Source of the DNA: the human T2T-CHM13v2.0 reference genome, Homo sapiens
NCBI RefSeq assembly: GCF_009914755.1
Contig: NC_060926.1
Direction: 5' to 3' (one strand)
Length of the DNA stretch: 64,000 nt
This document shows, in pieces, positions 43,142-60,085 of this stretch (the stretch's first letter is position 1; each line of letters starts with the position of its first letter). A program made the translations under genes and the position numbers. The notes beneath the pieces were generated by a model. That model was not told where the DNA came from and ran no database searches. It saw only the letters and a program-made list of their open reading frames with translations.

Positions 43142-43351
43142 TCAATTATTCAGGGAAGATTTTTGCAGTCACAAGCTATTATTCTCGATTTGTCTATTTT
43201 TTTCTTTTAGTTTTGATGCTCTCTTATCGGATACAAATCCATTTAGGACTATTGTGACTTTTTCTCATTTTTTAATATTCCACATTAACCTTGGTGTTTT
43301 TCTTTGTGCTGAAGTCTATTTTGTGTATATTGATATTGCCACATCAGCTCT

Positions 43352-43652
<301 letters not shown>

Positions 43653-46368
43653 AGCTTTCTTTTTATTTGTGTTTGTGTGATGTATCTTTTACACAATTTT
43701 ACCTTGAAACTACCTATTATTATATTTGAAATTAGTTTCTTGTTGTCTCATATAGATGGTGCTTTTTTACTTTAAGATGCATAGTAAATTCCACCTTCAT
43801 CACAACTCTTTTTCTGATAAAATCAGCCAGAGGCCATGTCGTGACTATGTCTCACTATTTGAAACACTCTTACATCCTTCATGACATTCTTTTGCTGCAG
43901 GCATTACTTGTAAGCATCTTGAGGGCAGGGAAGATTCATTACTTCTACATTTGCTACAGCTTCTGGTACAGATTCTGTTTTCTTTCATTTTAAAATATCA
44001 AATGATTCAATTAGATTGTCTTGATGTTGATCAGCAGGATGTACAATGGAGCTCAAGAGACCTGAGTTCTAGACTAAGGTGCATTTTCAGGATTTGACAA
44101 GATGGTGCACAGTACACAAGGGAAATGACAAAACACTATATACATGTAAAATATTATATTTTATATAATAATACTTGAATATGATTTTATTTATATATAG
44201 TCACAAGTCAAATACTTTATTAAGAAAATAAAAACAGTAAAGGGAGCTTTTCAGATGTAATTGTGGAAACTGACTGGCCCCAGGCTCTTATGAATCTTAG
44301 TATTTGGCTTAAAAACTATACAGGAACTTTTTCTTTCCACCCAGACCCAAGTGGATGAAGTCAGACAGTTACCTCTAAGCTTCTATCTATGGGATGGTTC
44401 TCTCTTACTGGTTCACCCTATAAGACTATTAGCATTTGGGTTTGTGCTCAGCTTTTGTTTACTCATCCTCAAGTGCATGTGTGGCTGTTGAGAGTCAGGT
44501 ACTAGCCCACCAGGGATCGGAAAATACTGCCAGAGCTCATATCAACCTCTCTGCTTTTGTGTTTCTCCTAATCTCTGGACTTTAAACATTTATCTTATTT
44601 TCTTGCCAGCCCAGCCACCTATTTGAAAAGATGATTTTAAAAACTATTTTATGCAGAGTTTATGTCTTTTATACCAAGAAGAGTTCTTTGGAGAGATGGG
44701 CTATTCTAAACTCAATATGAAGCCAACATCGTAATTAATCATGAAGAATCTTTATTTATTTATTTTTTGGCCTGACTAGTTACAAGCAAGAAGGTAATTA
44801 ATATCTTCCAAAATGTATTTTTAAAAACAAGAGAGGGACCAGGAATGGTAACTTATGCATTGTTCTGGGTGTGTGAACACGTATGTCTGCAATATATACA
44901 GTAATGCACATTTATCAAAAAATTAACTGTTGATTACAAAATATTTAAGGGTATCTCTTATGTTCATGATATGAGGTTGAAAGATGACAATTTACTCACA
45001 GTTCCTCATTGTTTTTTAGTCCCATGTCCCTGTACATCCATGCATTCTGTTTATAATTTCTCCCTTCTCTATCAACTAAGTGTACAATAATTATCTAGTA
45101 AGTGCTGTTCATGGACTGATACAAGCACCAGTAGGGATAACTGTTGAAAAAGCAGGAAGTCATGGAGTCATCACCACAAAAAAATAACATGTAACATGTG
45201 CCATGTGCCAGGCATGGTGGTTGTATGTTTCATTTATTATTTTTTTTATTCCTTCTCTCTCCTATGCCGAGACCTATTAGGTAGGTATAAATACTATTAT
45301 CTTAAATATGAGGAAGCTAAGTCTTAGAGAGATTAAACAACTTTCCCAATGCCACAAAGTTAGTAAGTATCCTGATGAGATGTGAGGTTAAGTGGCTTGA
45401 AACCAATACTTGTGCTTTCAGCTCCTGGGCTACAGCTCTCAGTTCCATCGCAATGCAAGGAGAGCATGCACTCTGTTACGACCCAAGCAAACATCTCCAC
45501 CAGAAACTGAGGCTTTTACAATAACGCCAGAAAATAAAACCACGATGACACACTATTGGGAAACATTTTTTATAGAAAACTGGAAAATATATTTCTCTTT
45601 TATTTGAACCTCTTGGCATCCCAAACTTCACTGCTCATGAACATTCTTTGGCATAACCATGATACGATTGGGGCTCACCTTGTAGGTCGCATTCTTCATG
45701 ATTTAATCTAATAGTCAATGCATGGGGCCAGGCATGGTGACAGAGCTATGCTTAGCCAGATAACCTGCAGTTAAAAGTCCAGCTCCCACAGTTATTATGG
45801 AACTTTGTGTAAATCATACTGTTTTTCTGTATCCTCACTTATGAAACAAATGGTGATCTTTATAGGTAGGGCAGTTAAAGCACTAAAGAAAAACTATGTG
45901 CAACACTCAGAATAGTTCCTGGTACATAGTAGGCTTTTAAAAATTATTAGCTGTTTTTTTTTATTAGTTCATGATTTTTGTGCTCAACAAGCCTTTAGAG
46001 GAGGCATGGGGTAGTATTCATGTTTAAAATCAATAAAAGGTAAAGGTGATGCTTATTCAGCAAGCATGTGTCCAGTACTCATCCAGCATTGACCACATGC
46101 AAATAGAGTTATTTCAGTCATGACCCTGGCTCATAAGTAAAGAAAACATGAGATAAAGGAGCCCGACTTTAGATACTCACTCGGAAAATCGGAGGAGCAG
46201 GGGATGTAACGTTACTGTACTCTGAAAGAAGGGCTGAATGGCCTTGGAGACTGATTAGATTTTAATGTTCAAGGGGCAAAAAGTCAGGCTGACTGGGCTT
46301 TTCTGAGCCAGGGCAGTCTGAAAAATAGGGAACCTTAACCAAGGGAGGAGGTGTAAGAGAAACAATGT

Positions 46369-46401
<33 letters not shown>

Positions 46402-46499
46402 CTGGAATAAGCTGATGAGTTTAGATTTAGACATGTGGACAGTGAAAAACCTAGGCATGTCTCAACACAATTTGTCTTTTCTTCTTTAATTTGCCATTG

Positions 46500-46920
46500 C
46501 AAAAATAAATTAAGATTGAATAAATAAATAAAAATACTTTGTGTCCTCATAGGAAGAAGTTAAAATAGATCTATTAGTCATCCAATCTAAGTGTCCAACA
46601 GGGAAAGAATGACTAATAAAATTATGGCATATTTTATACACTAGAATTATGACAGAAAATAAGGTTAGCAAAGTTATAATAACATATAAAATTGGGTGGT
46701 ATAATAATAATCTTAAAGAGTACAATACAAGATGGTATGTAGCATATAATCTTATTTTTGTGAAAATACAGTATGGAGGAAAAAACAAGGAAAACTAAGC
46801 CTCTAGTTGTTGCTTACAAGTTGTTAGACTGTGGATAATTTTTTTCTACACTTTACTAATTTTGGGTTCTTTTCAAAATTTCTATAATAACAATGCATTA
46901 ATTTTTAAAAATAAATTAAA
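46500..46920 (+). mobile_element. old L1ME-like 3' fragment
   Basis: ctaagtgtccaacagggaaagaatgactaataaaattatggcatatt. Confidence 0.55.
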
Positions 46921-48029
46921 GAAGGTAAGGATAACTACAATAATATATGGGAAAAGTTAAAATTGTCTGGGTAATAGTAACACCAATGATATACATGTAG
47001 TATCTACAGATACAGAAAATGTTTTATTTTTGAAAAATTGATTAATAAATGAGGTTCTAAGCACTTTGTATTTAGCCAAAGCATTCTAAGGGATTTAGCT
47101 AAATTAATAAAATTAATAAAGGATAGTTTATTCTAACATCATTTGGTATGGGAATTATAGTTAATCCAAAGAGGAACAGGATTTTTCATGTATGACAGGC
47201 AATGTGCATGGCAGATGAGTAACAAAAAATTATAAATTTAGCCTTGTTGTTTGAGCCTAGTAAATTACTCATTTTTGCTGTGTACCATTTTGTTAATGAT
47301 AAAAATGTGAACAATAAGTCTTATCTTGTAACATTATTTTGAAGATTGAATTAAAAACCTCTGGCATAATGCCTGCTTTTGGTCTTGGTAAATGATAGCC
47401 ATCATTAGGTTTCTGTATATATAATTATCTAGCTCCCTCTCTCCCTAGCCTATTTGTCTGTATTATTATATACAATATAGAGTATGTAACTCCCGCGTGC
47501 ACAGTGACTATTCCTGCCTCATTCAATAGTGTATTCCCACTACATAGAAAAGTACCTGACAGAGAAGGCACTCAATAAATATTTGTTAAATAAGTGAGTG
47601 ATGATTAAAAACACACATACACAGGGTAGAATTGGGAATGGATAAGGACTGGTGTTGACCCTAGAGGGTCTGCTCAGAGTGAGTCTTGAGGACCTTGTAG
47701 AGATGGTACAGGCTCTAGGAACTCTGCCTGTGCAAATATGCACAGATGAGCCCATAGCAGCTCGAAGAAGAAACTGTCATGGCAAAAGGCAATATGAATA
47801 GATACATAGAAATGGGATCCTGGTGACCCTGGGGACCCACTGGCTCAGCTTCATCAGGAGCTCTCTTTGCACTACCTCTGCCTTTTTGGGTTCTATTATC
47901 CTGTATAACAATTTGAGCTGTTTTCTATTATTAGCGAACAAGTGCTTTCTAGATGATATCCCCTTTGTTAATCTTCTCACATTTAAAATGGGAAGAACAA
48001 TAACAATTACCTCATAGATTGTACAGTTG

Positions 48030-48630
48030 TATCAATCTATCTATGATTGCCACATTACTGTCATTTTTAAAACCATCCCCAAATCTCAGTCATTTAGCAA
48101 CAGACATGTATTCTTGTATTCATGAGTCTTCAGGTCAATATCAGGTGGTCTAGGATGGCCTTGGCTCATGGCAGGGCTGCTTTTGGAGTGTATGGACAAC
48201 ACAGGAATATTTCGTGTGGAGACCTGTCTATATATAAACAATTCTGTTCACCCCAAATCAGCAAAATTCTGGCAGCTTAATCTCACATGATGCCATGAAA
48301 GAAATACAGCACTGCCTGGGAGAGCTGTCTGTGATTAGGGGTGGTACTGGTTAGAAGGCTGTTCTTCAGAGCATGGTTGTCTGCTACACTGTCTCTGTCA
48401 TTCTGGGGCCCATGCTAAAGAAGCACTGGCTATCTGGATGACAATTCTCATGGATTATCCTCATCACCATTATCATCATCAGAGCACAAGACTCAAGCCA
48501 AACTATACATGTGCATTTAAGCCCTCTGAAATCTCATGGATCAACCCAAATAACATGGAAAATTAAACTCTGCCCAAAGAAGGAGGTATCGAGAACTGAA
48601 TATATACTGGACAATGATTTAAACTATCAC
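48030..48630 (-). mobile_element. old MLT1 (H/I/J-like) LTR
   Basis: accatccccaaatctcagtcattta..catgagtcttcaggtca..ctaggatggccttggct. Confidence 0.5.
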
Positions 48631-49642
48631 ATAAGTCATCCACTCTTCCATTTAGTGAGCATTTACTGAGTACTGATTATGACCTAGGCACTATGCTAGG
48701 AATGCAGTGATGAGCAGGATGAGGTCTTCATCTATAAGGAGTTCATAGTCTAGGAGGGGAGAGAGACGTGTGAACATACAATTACAATACATTGAATCAG
48801 GTGTTAATAATAGTTACTGTGTGTGTAACATAGGCCGGAATCTATTCTAAATACTGTGCATGCCTTACCTCATTTAATCACCTTATCAACTCTCTGAGCT
48901 GTAGATGGGTTAAATAACCTACTCAAGGCCACACAGCTGGTTAGTGACACATCAGAACTCAATACCAGTCTATCGCCTCTGGAATCCTTAATCTCAATTG
49001 CCGTGAAATTAACACCAGCCAAGAATTTGGAAGGAAAAGTAATTTAGCAAGTATAAAATACCATATAAAAGTCAACTGTTATTCTTATTGTCTTTCAAAT
49101 ATTTCTCCAAATTGATTCATAGAATTTCCAAGTTGAAAAATATCTTAGAGAGCGTATGGTCCAGTTACCAAACATCTGCCTTTTGTGAATAAGGACACTG
49201 AAGTCCAGAGAGAGAGACTGCTCAGGTCATAAGACTGGTTAATGGTGAGTCTGAGAAGAGAACCCGGCGCTCTTATCTTCAAGCCTGGGTCTGTATCAAG
49301 TTACCTTTCTAGAAGATGACATGCTACCTACACTGAGATACAGGGTTGATGCTATGGAAAAGAGATACACACAACCACCTAATACTGGGGCTCTGTCTTA
49401 TAGGACAAATGTGCAGCTATTAGCCTTTGTCCATTTTAGAGTTAGAACTATATTTTAGATAAATGACCAGAGCTCTGTAGGCCTCAACTCTCTGCCTACC
49501 AGCCACACCTCTCTGGACTAGCTCAAAAGGAATGGGGGCTAAATGACGGTAGGTATTGGAAACTGGGCCATCACACCCATTCATTCCATACTGAAAATGG
49601 CTTTTTGAGGTAATTTTTGCAAGCTCAAAGATTGTTAGAGTG

Positions 49643-51305
<1,663 letters not shown>

Positions 51306-51705
51306 TACTGTGTATCATACTTAATATTTTAAAGCGGTGATAGTTGTGATAACTGCCAGGCTTCATTACACTGCCCACAGGTTGTTCTGATGACTTGTCT
51401 TGTAATCTCTTCAAACCTAGGGTCTTTCATTAACTTGAGACAATATGGGAGCAGGGGAGAAAGAGAGAGAATAAGATTGTTTGCAAAAGAAACCAAGCAA
51501 AACAAATTGCTTAAAACCTTTTTTTGTTATATCACACAAAACTTAACACACAATGTAGCTTCTCATTTATTTTGTGTTCTATTCTGGAAACCATAAAATA
51601 AAGGATAGACGGGATTGTTGATAACACGATAGTACAAAAGGCCTGGGAAAATACTTGAAAGATACTTTTAAATGTGAAAGACAGACAACCCCAAATTCTT
51701 ATTTG

Positions 51706-51706
<1 letters not shown>

Positions 51707-51741
<35 letters not shown>

Positions 51742-51745
51742 TGTG
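51707..51745. repeat. (CA)n microsatellite
   Basis: direct. Confidence 0.95.
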
Positions 51746-52094
51746 CTCAAATAAGAATTTCCTGTCTTAAATAGAGTTTCCAATTTGAGAATGTCTCAAA
51801 GGGTATATTTGATTCAAAAACAGCCTTTCCTGGTGAACATCCTGATGACAAATTCCAAGGAATTTGAGGGAAAACTATCTCAGGACTTGAGGTCAAAAAG
51901 TCCTACATTGCCAAAAACCAAACAAACAGAAACCAAACAAATGAAAAACTCATTTAAAACACATTAATTGAGGTTAAAATGACAATGACTAATATCCACC
52001 AAAATGCTTTAAGGGAATACCACTTTAAGAAAGTTTCTAGCTAGATCAGCACTTTGCCTCAAAGGAATTTCCACCAGCTCCCTCCAACTGTTCA

Positions 52095-52470
52095 TTCTGC
52101 TTTTTAGCAAACATTTGTTCAATACTTCCTATAGATCAGGTTCTGTGGCACCCTCGGGGGACAGAAGCGTCATTCTCACTGATGGGGCAGTATCACACCA
52201 GTGACTGGGGCAGGGTGTGGGCAGGTGCAGGTTCACAAAGGGAGAAGAAAGGCGATGACTGATGGTGTGCAGTGTAGGGTGCAGAGTGGTCAAGGAAGGC
52301 ATCCAAGAGAAGCTGATGCCCAAATGGAGGTGATGTTCCACTCCTGCGAACGAGGAATAGGCTTTGCTAGGAGAAGAACACATGCTTTCGGCAGAGGGAA
52401 ACACAAGTACAAAGACCTGGAGCCATGAAAGAGCAAGGCATGTCTGGGAAATGGTGAGAAGTTAGAAATT
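52095..52470 (-). mobile_element. L2 fragment
   Basis: agcaaacatttgttcaatacttcct..ggcagagggaaacacaagtacaaagacctggag. Confidence 0.6.
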
Positions 52471-54159
52471 TATTGTCTTCTCATCTCTGCCATCAGTAGT
52501 GTGAAAACGGGTTATGGAACTTGCAGGGTTTCCCCAGCCTCTGGACAGTTGGATAAGCCACAGGTGATATCAGAGGTAAAATGCCCCAGCTGTCAATGAA
52601 ATGTGAGATTAGAGCAACCTAGAACTCTCTGTGACAGCTGGGTATGTCCCCTCTGAATCTGGTTGGCCAGCAGGTCCACCTTCTGCACCAGAGTGAACTG
52701 GAGAAGGAGTAGAAACGGTAAGGGAGGCCCCAGGCAGATCACAAGGCCCTGCTGGGGATGATGACTTAGGGTTGCAAACTATAATTCCAAATCAATTCAC
52801 AAAAAAGATTTTCGTCGGGGTTTCTTAACCTGAAGTTCGCAGATTGTTTTCCAAAAAACTCTGTGAATACCCTGACATTTTACAGAAAACTTCCCATTTG
52901 CATATGTGCAGTTTTTGTGGAGAAAGTCTGACCATATTTTTCACCACATTTGAAGAGAAATCTTGGTAGCCCCAAATATTTGTGATGCATTCATCTGGAT
53001 GTAGCGATTCAGAAATAAATAAAACCTTGGTCTGTCAAAACAGTTTTTCTGCTTGGCAAAACAAAATAAGAATCTGAAAAGCAGATAGTCTTGAGTTCAC
53101 ATTCTAGACATAAGTTAATTCTGTTCCTTATTAACTGTGTGACTTCAGCCAATTACCCAACCTCTCTGTTTCCTTTTCTGTAACAATATCTACTTAGATA
53201 TTTTGGGGGAACAGTGGGTGAGGCATAAAATTAAATAATATAAACAAATGACTAGCACATAGGAGGCAATCCTATATCATAGTAATTATTTTTACTATTT
53301 TATTGCTAATATGCTGGGGTTGCTCAGGGGACAGAGAAACTTTCTGACTGAGTTTTTGGTGACAGTATTTAGAGAAAAAACAGCGTCTGGCTGAAGGCCC
53401 TGTCTCCAAATGTTCTGGCAATGTTGCTTTTGGCTGTCCCTGGCTGGTGTCTGTCTTTACCTTGAACTGCCCTAAGATTAGAATTTCTTGTAAACGGTGA
53501 CTTAATTATTCGCCTGCATCCTTTTACAACGTCGGGCTGCTTCCCCCTGTGCTCAGGGAGTTGCCTCTCTGGCTGCTGCTTAGAGTGGACTGGAATTGAC
53601 TTGTCTGACTGCTCTTTTTGAGGGCATTATCTCCAGTCCCTGAAGGTAAGTGTGGAGGTGCACATACATTTTAGGCCACTCCACTCAGGCATACCCACCT
53701 GTTTTTGGTGGCCTTGTGCAGGCACTCATGTAGACTTGGCGTGGGCTTTTTAGGCAAGAAAAGTGGCCAGAATGAAGCACATCCGAGAATGAAAAAGAGA
53801 AGGTCACCACGAAAAGCTTCAGCAGCAAACCAGTGAACTAGCTGCAGATGAAAGGGAATTCCAGTCTGACTCATCATGGGATCAAGGTAGATTCTTCACT
53901 AAGTAAAGCTTGTGGTGAATTTCTGTGCTTAAGAAAGTGTTTTGCAATTGGAGAATTCCTATGCATCCTCAAAGCAAATATCACCTCCTTCCCAAAGCCT
54001 TACCTGAACCCCTAGACAGAGGGGGATGTTGCTTCCTCTGTCCTGCATGAACACTAGGACATAGCCCTACGTCTATCTAGCCCTCCTCCCCTGGGAGCTT
54101 ATTCAGATGTCTGTCTTCCATTAGGCAGTGGTCGTATGCCTTACCAAACACCTTTATTT

Positions 54160-54452
54160 CTTTTCTTTCTCTCTTTCTTTCCTTTTTTTGTTTTTTTGTT
54201 TTGGAGTCTTGCTCTGTTGCTCAGGCTGGAGTGCAGTGGCATGGTCTCAGTTCACCGCAACCTCCACCTCCCAGGTTCAAGCAATTCTCCTGCTTCAGCC
54301 TCCTGAGCAACTGAGATTACAGGCACCTGCCACCACGCCCGGCTAATTTTTTGTATTTGTAGTAGAGATGGGCTTTTGCCATGTTGGCCAGACTGGTCTT
54401 GAACTCCTGACCTCAGGTGATCCACTCGCCTCGGCCTCCCAAAGTGCTGGGG
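54160..54452 (-). mobile_element. AluS, 5' end lost, abutting a purine-rich repeat
   Basis: gacctcaggtgatccactcgcctcggcctcccaaagtgctggg then gagagaggaag... Confidence 0.9.
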
Positions 54453-54919
54453 TTGAGCGAGAGAGGAAGAGAGGAAGGGAGGAAGGGAGGATGGAAGGAA
54501 GGAAGTCCTGTTTCTGAAGTGAGAAAGACGTGAGTTCTGTTTCCATGTCCACAACTCACTTTATGCAAAGCCTTAAACAAACTTGAACTTCTCTGAGGTT
54601 TAGCTTCCCCTCCTCTAAAAGGGGAACATGCTGGTTGTCTTGCAGGGTTGATTTAGGGATCAAACAAAGTCAATAGGTGAAAATAAAAAGAAATGGGGTG
54701 GAAGTAATTACGAATCAGCTCCTAATTAAGAAATAAACAATGTGTTTCTCTTTCCTCTCCCTAAATTCAGTTGTTTCCCAGGCATTCGCCCCATGTGTGG
54801 ACTGCAGGGATAATGTGTCTCTGGACAGAAGTCTCTCTCGTTTGACTGCTGTGGATTCCCGCAGACTCTAGAACACCAGTCTCCCTCCTCTCCTGGCCAT
54901 CCTGCAGGGAGCCACCCTT

Positions 54920-55440
54920 GTAGTCTTTCTAGAACCCACATGTCATGCTCATGCTGAATAACACCCATGAGTTCTCCAGTGTCATCAAGATGAAATCCAA
55001 GCTCCAGTGCATGGCCCTCTGCCCTCCGGACCGGGCCTGACTCTCCTCCTTTCTCTCCCCACATCAATCCAGGGCTCCCTGGAATCACCATGCTGCTTTT
55101 GTCTTTCTGCCTCAGCCTGGGCTGCAGCTTTAGCCAGGACACGTTCTCTGCCTTTTTCTTATTCATTTACCAGGAAAACTTCTAGTTTCCTTGAAGACTC
55201 ACTTCAAGGCTCTCTTTCTCCTGGAAACTTGGTTTCCTCCCAGACAGAATTCACTGCTCTTCGTCTGAGATCCTGTAACACCTTACACATATCACCATCT
55301 TGGCTCCAACCTCCTGGCTTTGTAATTATTCCTGATTTGTCTCTCCCAGTAGCCCACTATCCTCAAGGAGAAGGCCGAGGCTTATTCTTGGTTGAGTTCC
55401 CAGTTACATGTTAACGTGTGAATGAGTGAATGAATGCACC
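54920..55440 (+). mobile_element. L2 3' fragment
   Basis: aaatccaagctcc..atggccct..tgtctctcccagtag..tgaatgagtgaatgaatg. Confidence 0.6.
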
Positions 55441-57337
55441 TTGAATGCCTCCATCCTTTCCAAAGACATTGGAAATGTCTCTCCTCTGAGAGAATTCTTG
55501 CCTCACGTGTGAATCAGAGCCTGACAAATCATTTATTTCTTCGGCCTGGCATCCTACCTACCGAATGGCATGGGCTTGCTCTTGCAGCCCCAAGCAGAAG
55601 CTCTTTTGTCCACACTTCCTTTCTTGTTGTTTTAGCTTCCTTTCCCTTCACTGCTAGACTGTGAGCTTTTTAAGGGCGGGGCCACATCCTGCTCATTTAC
55701 ACCCTTGCGTCCCAGCATCTAGCCTGGTGACAGAGCAGAACGTGGCTCTCCTTCAGACCAAGCTTACTCTCGTCTTTAAATTGTTGCAGAAGGACAAGGG
55801 AGCAGACTAAAAGGAGCCAGAGATGAAATGGTACACTTGCCTCTTCCATCATCAGATGTTGTGAACTGACAACGTAAATATTCAGGCACCTCCAGCATCT
55901 CTTGCCCAGCTGCTCTCTGCCTAGTGCAGGTGACCCAGTCCAACTCCTCTCAATTTGCCTGCCTTTCCGCTCTCTCTTTCATCTTCTTCTTCCTTTTCTA
56001 AAAGGAGGCACTGCAATAAATTAAACTTTCATGGTTCCATTCCCTCTTTTCCCATTGAGGAACCCTAACATATTTCCTTAAGGAAATACTTTGGAAATTG
56101 TAATTGAAACACAATAATTCATAATGGAAGCGGGAGGAGGAGAGTAATAGATTTAGCTCTTGTTTCTGGTGGCAGACATGTTAATTACATTTTCTATTTC
56201 CTCTCATTACCAGGGAGCATGTCTCCAACAGGCCAGCCTGCTACTCTCCCTCCTCTCCAGCCAGCCCCACCCTGCTTCACACCCTCAGTGGGCCTGGAGG
56301 CAAGTGGAATGCACAACTGACCATGTCACTGTTTTGTTCTGAGCTCCTTGGAAGAGTTACAACCCAGCAACTCAGGTCCAGTTTCCTTAGTGGGAATCAG
56401 AGAGCCCCAAACTCTACTCTCCTACCTTAAGGGACAGCCAGACTGAGATCTCTGAATTCACATAGCCTCTTCTTGCTTCTGGGAGTCTCCATATGCCACC
56501 GAGGCCCCCGTTTCCCCTGGAGTGAGTCAGGAGGACCACTACTGCCTACCTGCTTGTGCATCTGCCAGTAACACCTGCTCCCCTATCTGTCCTGTCTCAC
56601 TGCCCTTTCTAGTAACATTGCCTCGGCCGGAGAAGGCAGAATGTGTGGCTCCTGACTCCTCTGCATTCCTGTTGTCCCTTTCACACTCATGATGCCATAG
56701 TATGATTGTCTTTTACTCTCCATCTCTTTATCCCCTGCCTCAACCCCTCCCAGTGACACACAAAAAAGTATGAGAAACTGGAAGCATTGGGAGGGCAGGG
56801 CATTTATCAGGAAATTTATCAATTTCTGAACTATGTAGTACAGTGCCTGGTTCAGAACAAATTCTCAACAAAATATTTGAATAATGTACGTCTAGGCAGA
56901 CTTCTTGGATCGAGACTCTCTGACTAGTGGGTGGGGAGTGGAGTCCTCAGGGTCCTTTTCTGCTGACATAAATCTTCTCTGCGTAGTAAATCCTAGAGCA
57001 AGTGTACTTTCTGCAGCTTAGCTGCACAGTCATGTCAGTGCCTGAGCCAAAAGAAACGATGGAAAAATGTGTGCCCCATACATACTTATGAAAATATTCT
57101 ACCATATTTTGATCCATATAGAAAAAGCTAAAAAAGATTTGAAATTTTATGAAAATGACTTTACAAAAGCCCTGTATTGTCCAGTCTGTTCTTGCGCCGT
57201 GCTTAACCCTCCTCCTAAGCTCACCCAGGAGGGACTGTGAGGACCACGAAGCCTTGGAACCATGGACTGACGAGAAATGATTGTTCCCACTGCACAATGA
57301 GGCAGGGCTACAAAGTATGACAACAGCCTGGTTTTAA

Positions 57338-57731
<394 letters not shown>

Positions 57732-58129
57732 TGAGTTTTTGGCATACTTAAAATTCACACCCAAGACAAATGTTTTACTTACCTCACTCTAATGCCAATC
57801 CTGCCCTTAAGGGACTTCAAAGGGAACTCCTCCCACTTCTCTCCTCCTCCTCTGAGCTCCCTTTCCTCAAAGAGCATCCAGTCCAATGGGGACGTGAACA
57901 CATCAACACTCAACTCCATTATATCACATGGTAAGGTGAATGAATACAACAAAAATAGGCGTAACTGAAGTGCAGGTGTAAGCTGAGAAGGGCAGGGCTA
58001 AACACGACTGTACATTTGGGAAGCCTGGAGGCAGAATGAGGCAATGGTAAAGGCCCTGAAAGATAAGTAGATTTCTAATAAATAAAGAAGTGTAAAATGC
58101 ATTCTGAGCAGAAGCCGTAGATGAACAAA

Positions 58130-58625
58130 AGCTTAGAGGCATTGTGTTAAGTGAAATAAGCCAGACACAGAGAGACAAATATCGCACGGTCTCATTGAAA
58201 CGTGGAATCAAAAACACTCAAACTCGCAGGAACAGAGCAGAATGGTGATTTCCTGGGGCTGATGGGGGTTGATGAGAGATGGTCAAAGAGTACCAAGTTT
58301 CTTTTATGCAAGATAAGTAAGTTCTGGAGGTCTACTATACGGCAGTACCCACAGTTAACGATACTGTTTGTATACTTACTCTATGTTAAGAAGGTAGATC
58401 TTTTATTAAGTGTTCTTAGCTCAGAAAATGAAACAAAGAAAATCCAATAATAATAATGATAGAAGGGGTGGGAGGAAACACTTGGGAGGTGATGGCTAGG
58501 TTTGTGGCCTTGATGGTGATGGTTTTGCGGTTGTACATTTACCCCAAATGCATTGAGATGGATACATTAAATATGTATAGCTTTTTATAAGGCAATCATA
58601 CCTTAATAAGAGATTTTTAAAAGGA
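58130..58625 (+). mobile_element. L1MA/L1MB 3' end
   Basis: aagtgaaataagccagacacagagagacaaata..ggtagatctt..ggaggtgatgg..caatcatacctt. Confidence 0.75.
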
Positions 58626-59048
58626 AAAACTTTAGTGAGAGAAAAACATTCATGTGAGTGCAGGGTCTGGAAAGGCCCTTTCATGGATGTGGAGAGCGTG
58701 CAGGACAAGGGTGCTCTGCTTGGTTGACAGGTGCCGGACTGGCCTGGCCAGGATAGAGAGGCAGAGTCCAGGTTTCTTGGAGAGACTTCACAGACCAGAG
58801 CTGGTTCTGTCAGATGTGAGTCCTTGTCAGGAAAGGAGCAGGCTCCTCCCTAAGCTCTGCATAGCAGCCCCTCTGTAGGCCCCAAGTGGTGGTACCCCCC
58901 ACCATGCTGGCACCTCTGTCTCCTGAGAGCCCCTTCTGTGGTCAGGAGCTGCCTACCAGACCCCAGGCAGCAAACTCAGGACGAGGAGAAAGTTCTCTTC
59001 TCAGCATGTTACTACCAGGAATGGAGCTTTCTAAAGAATGTGTCTTTG

Positions 59049-60085
<1,037 letters not shown>

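Noticed and set aside
54726-55414. 146-aa and 135-aa overlapping ORFs
   Set aside because: Lie in an L2 remnant; no recognisable product
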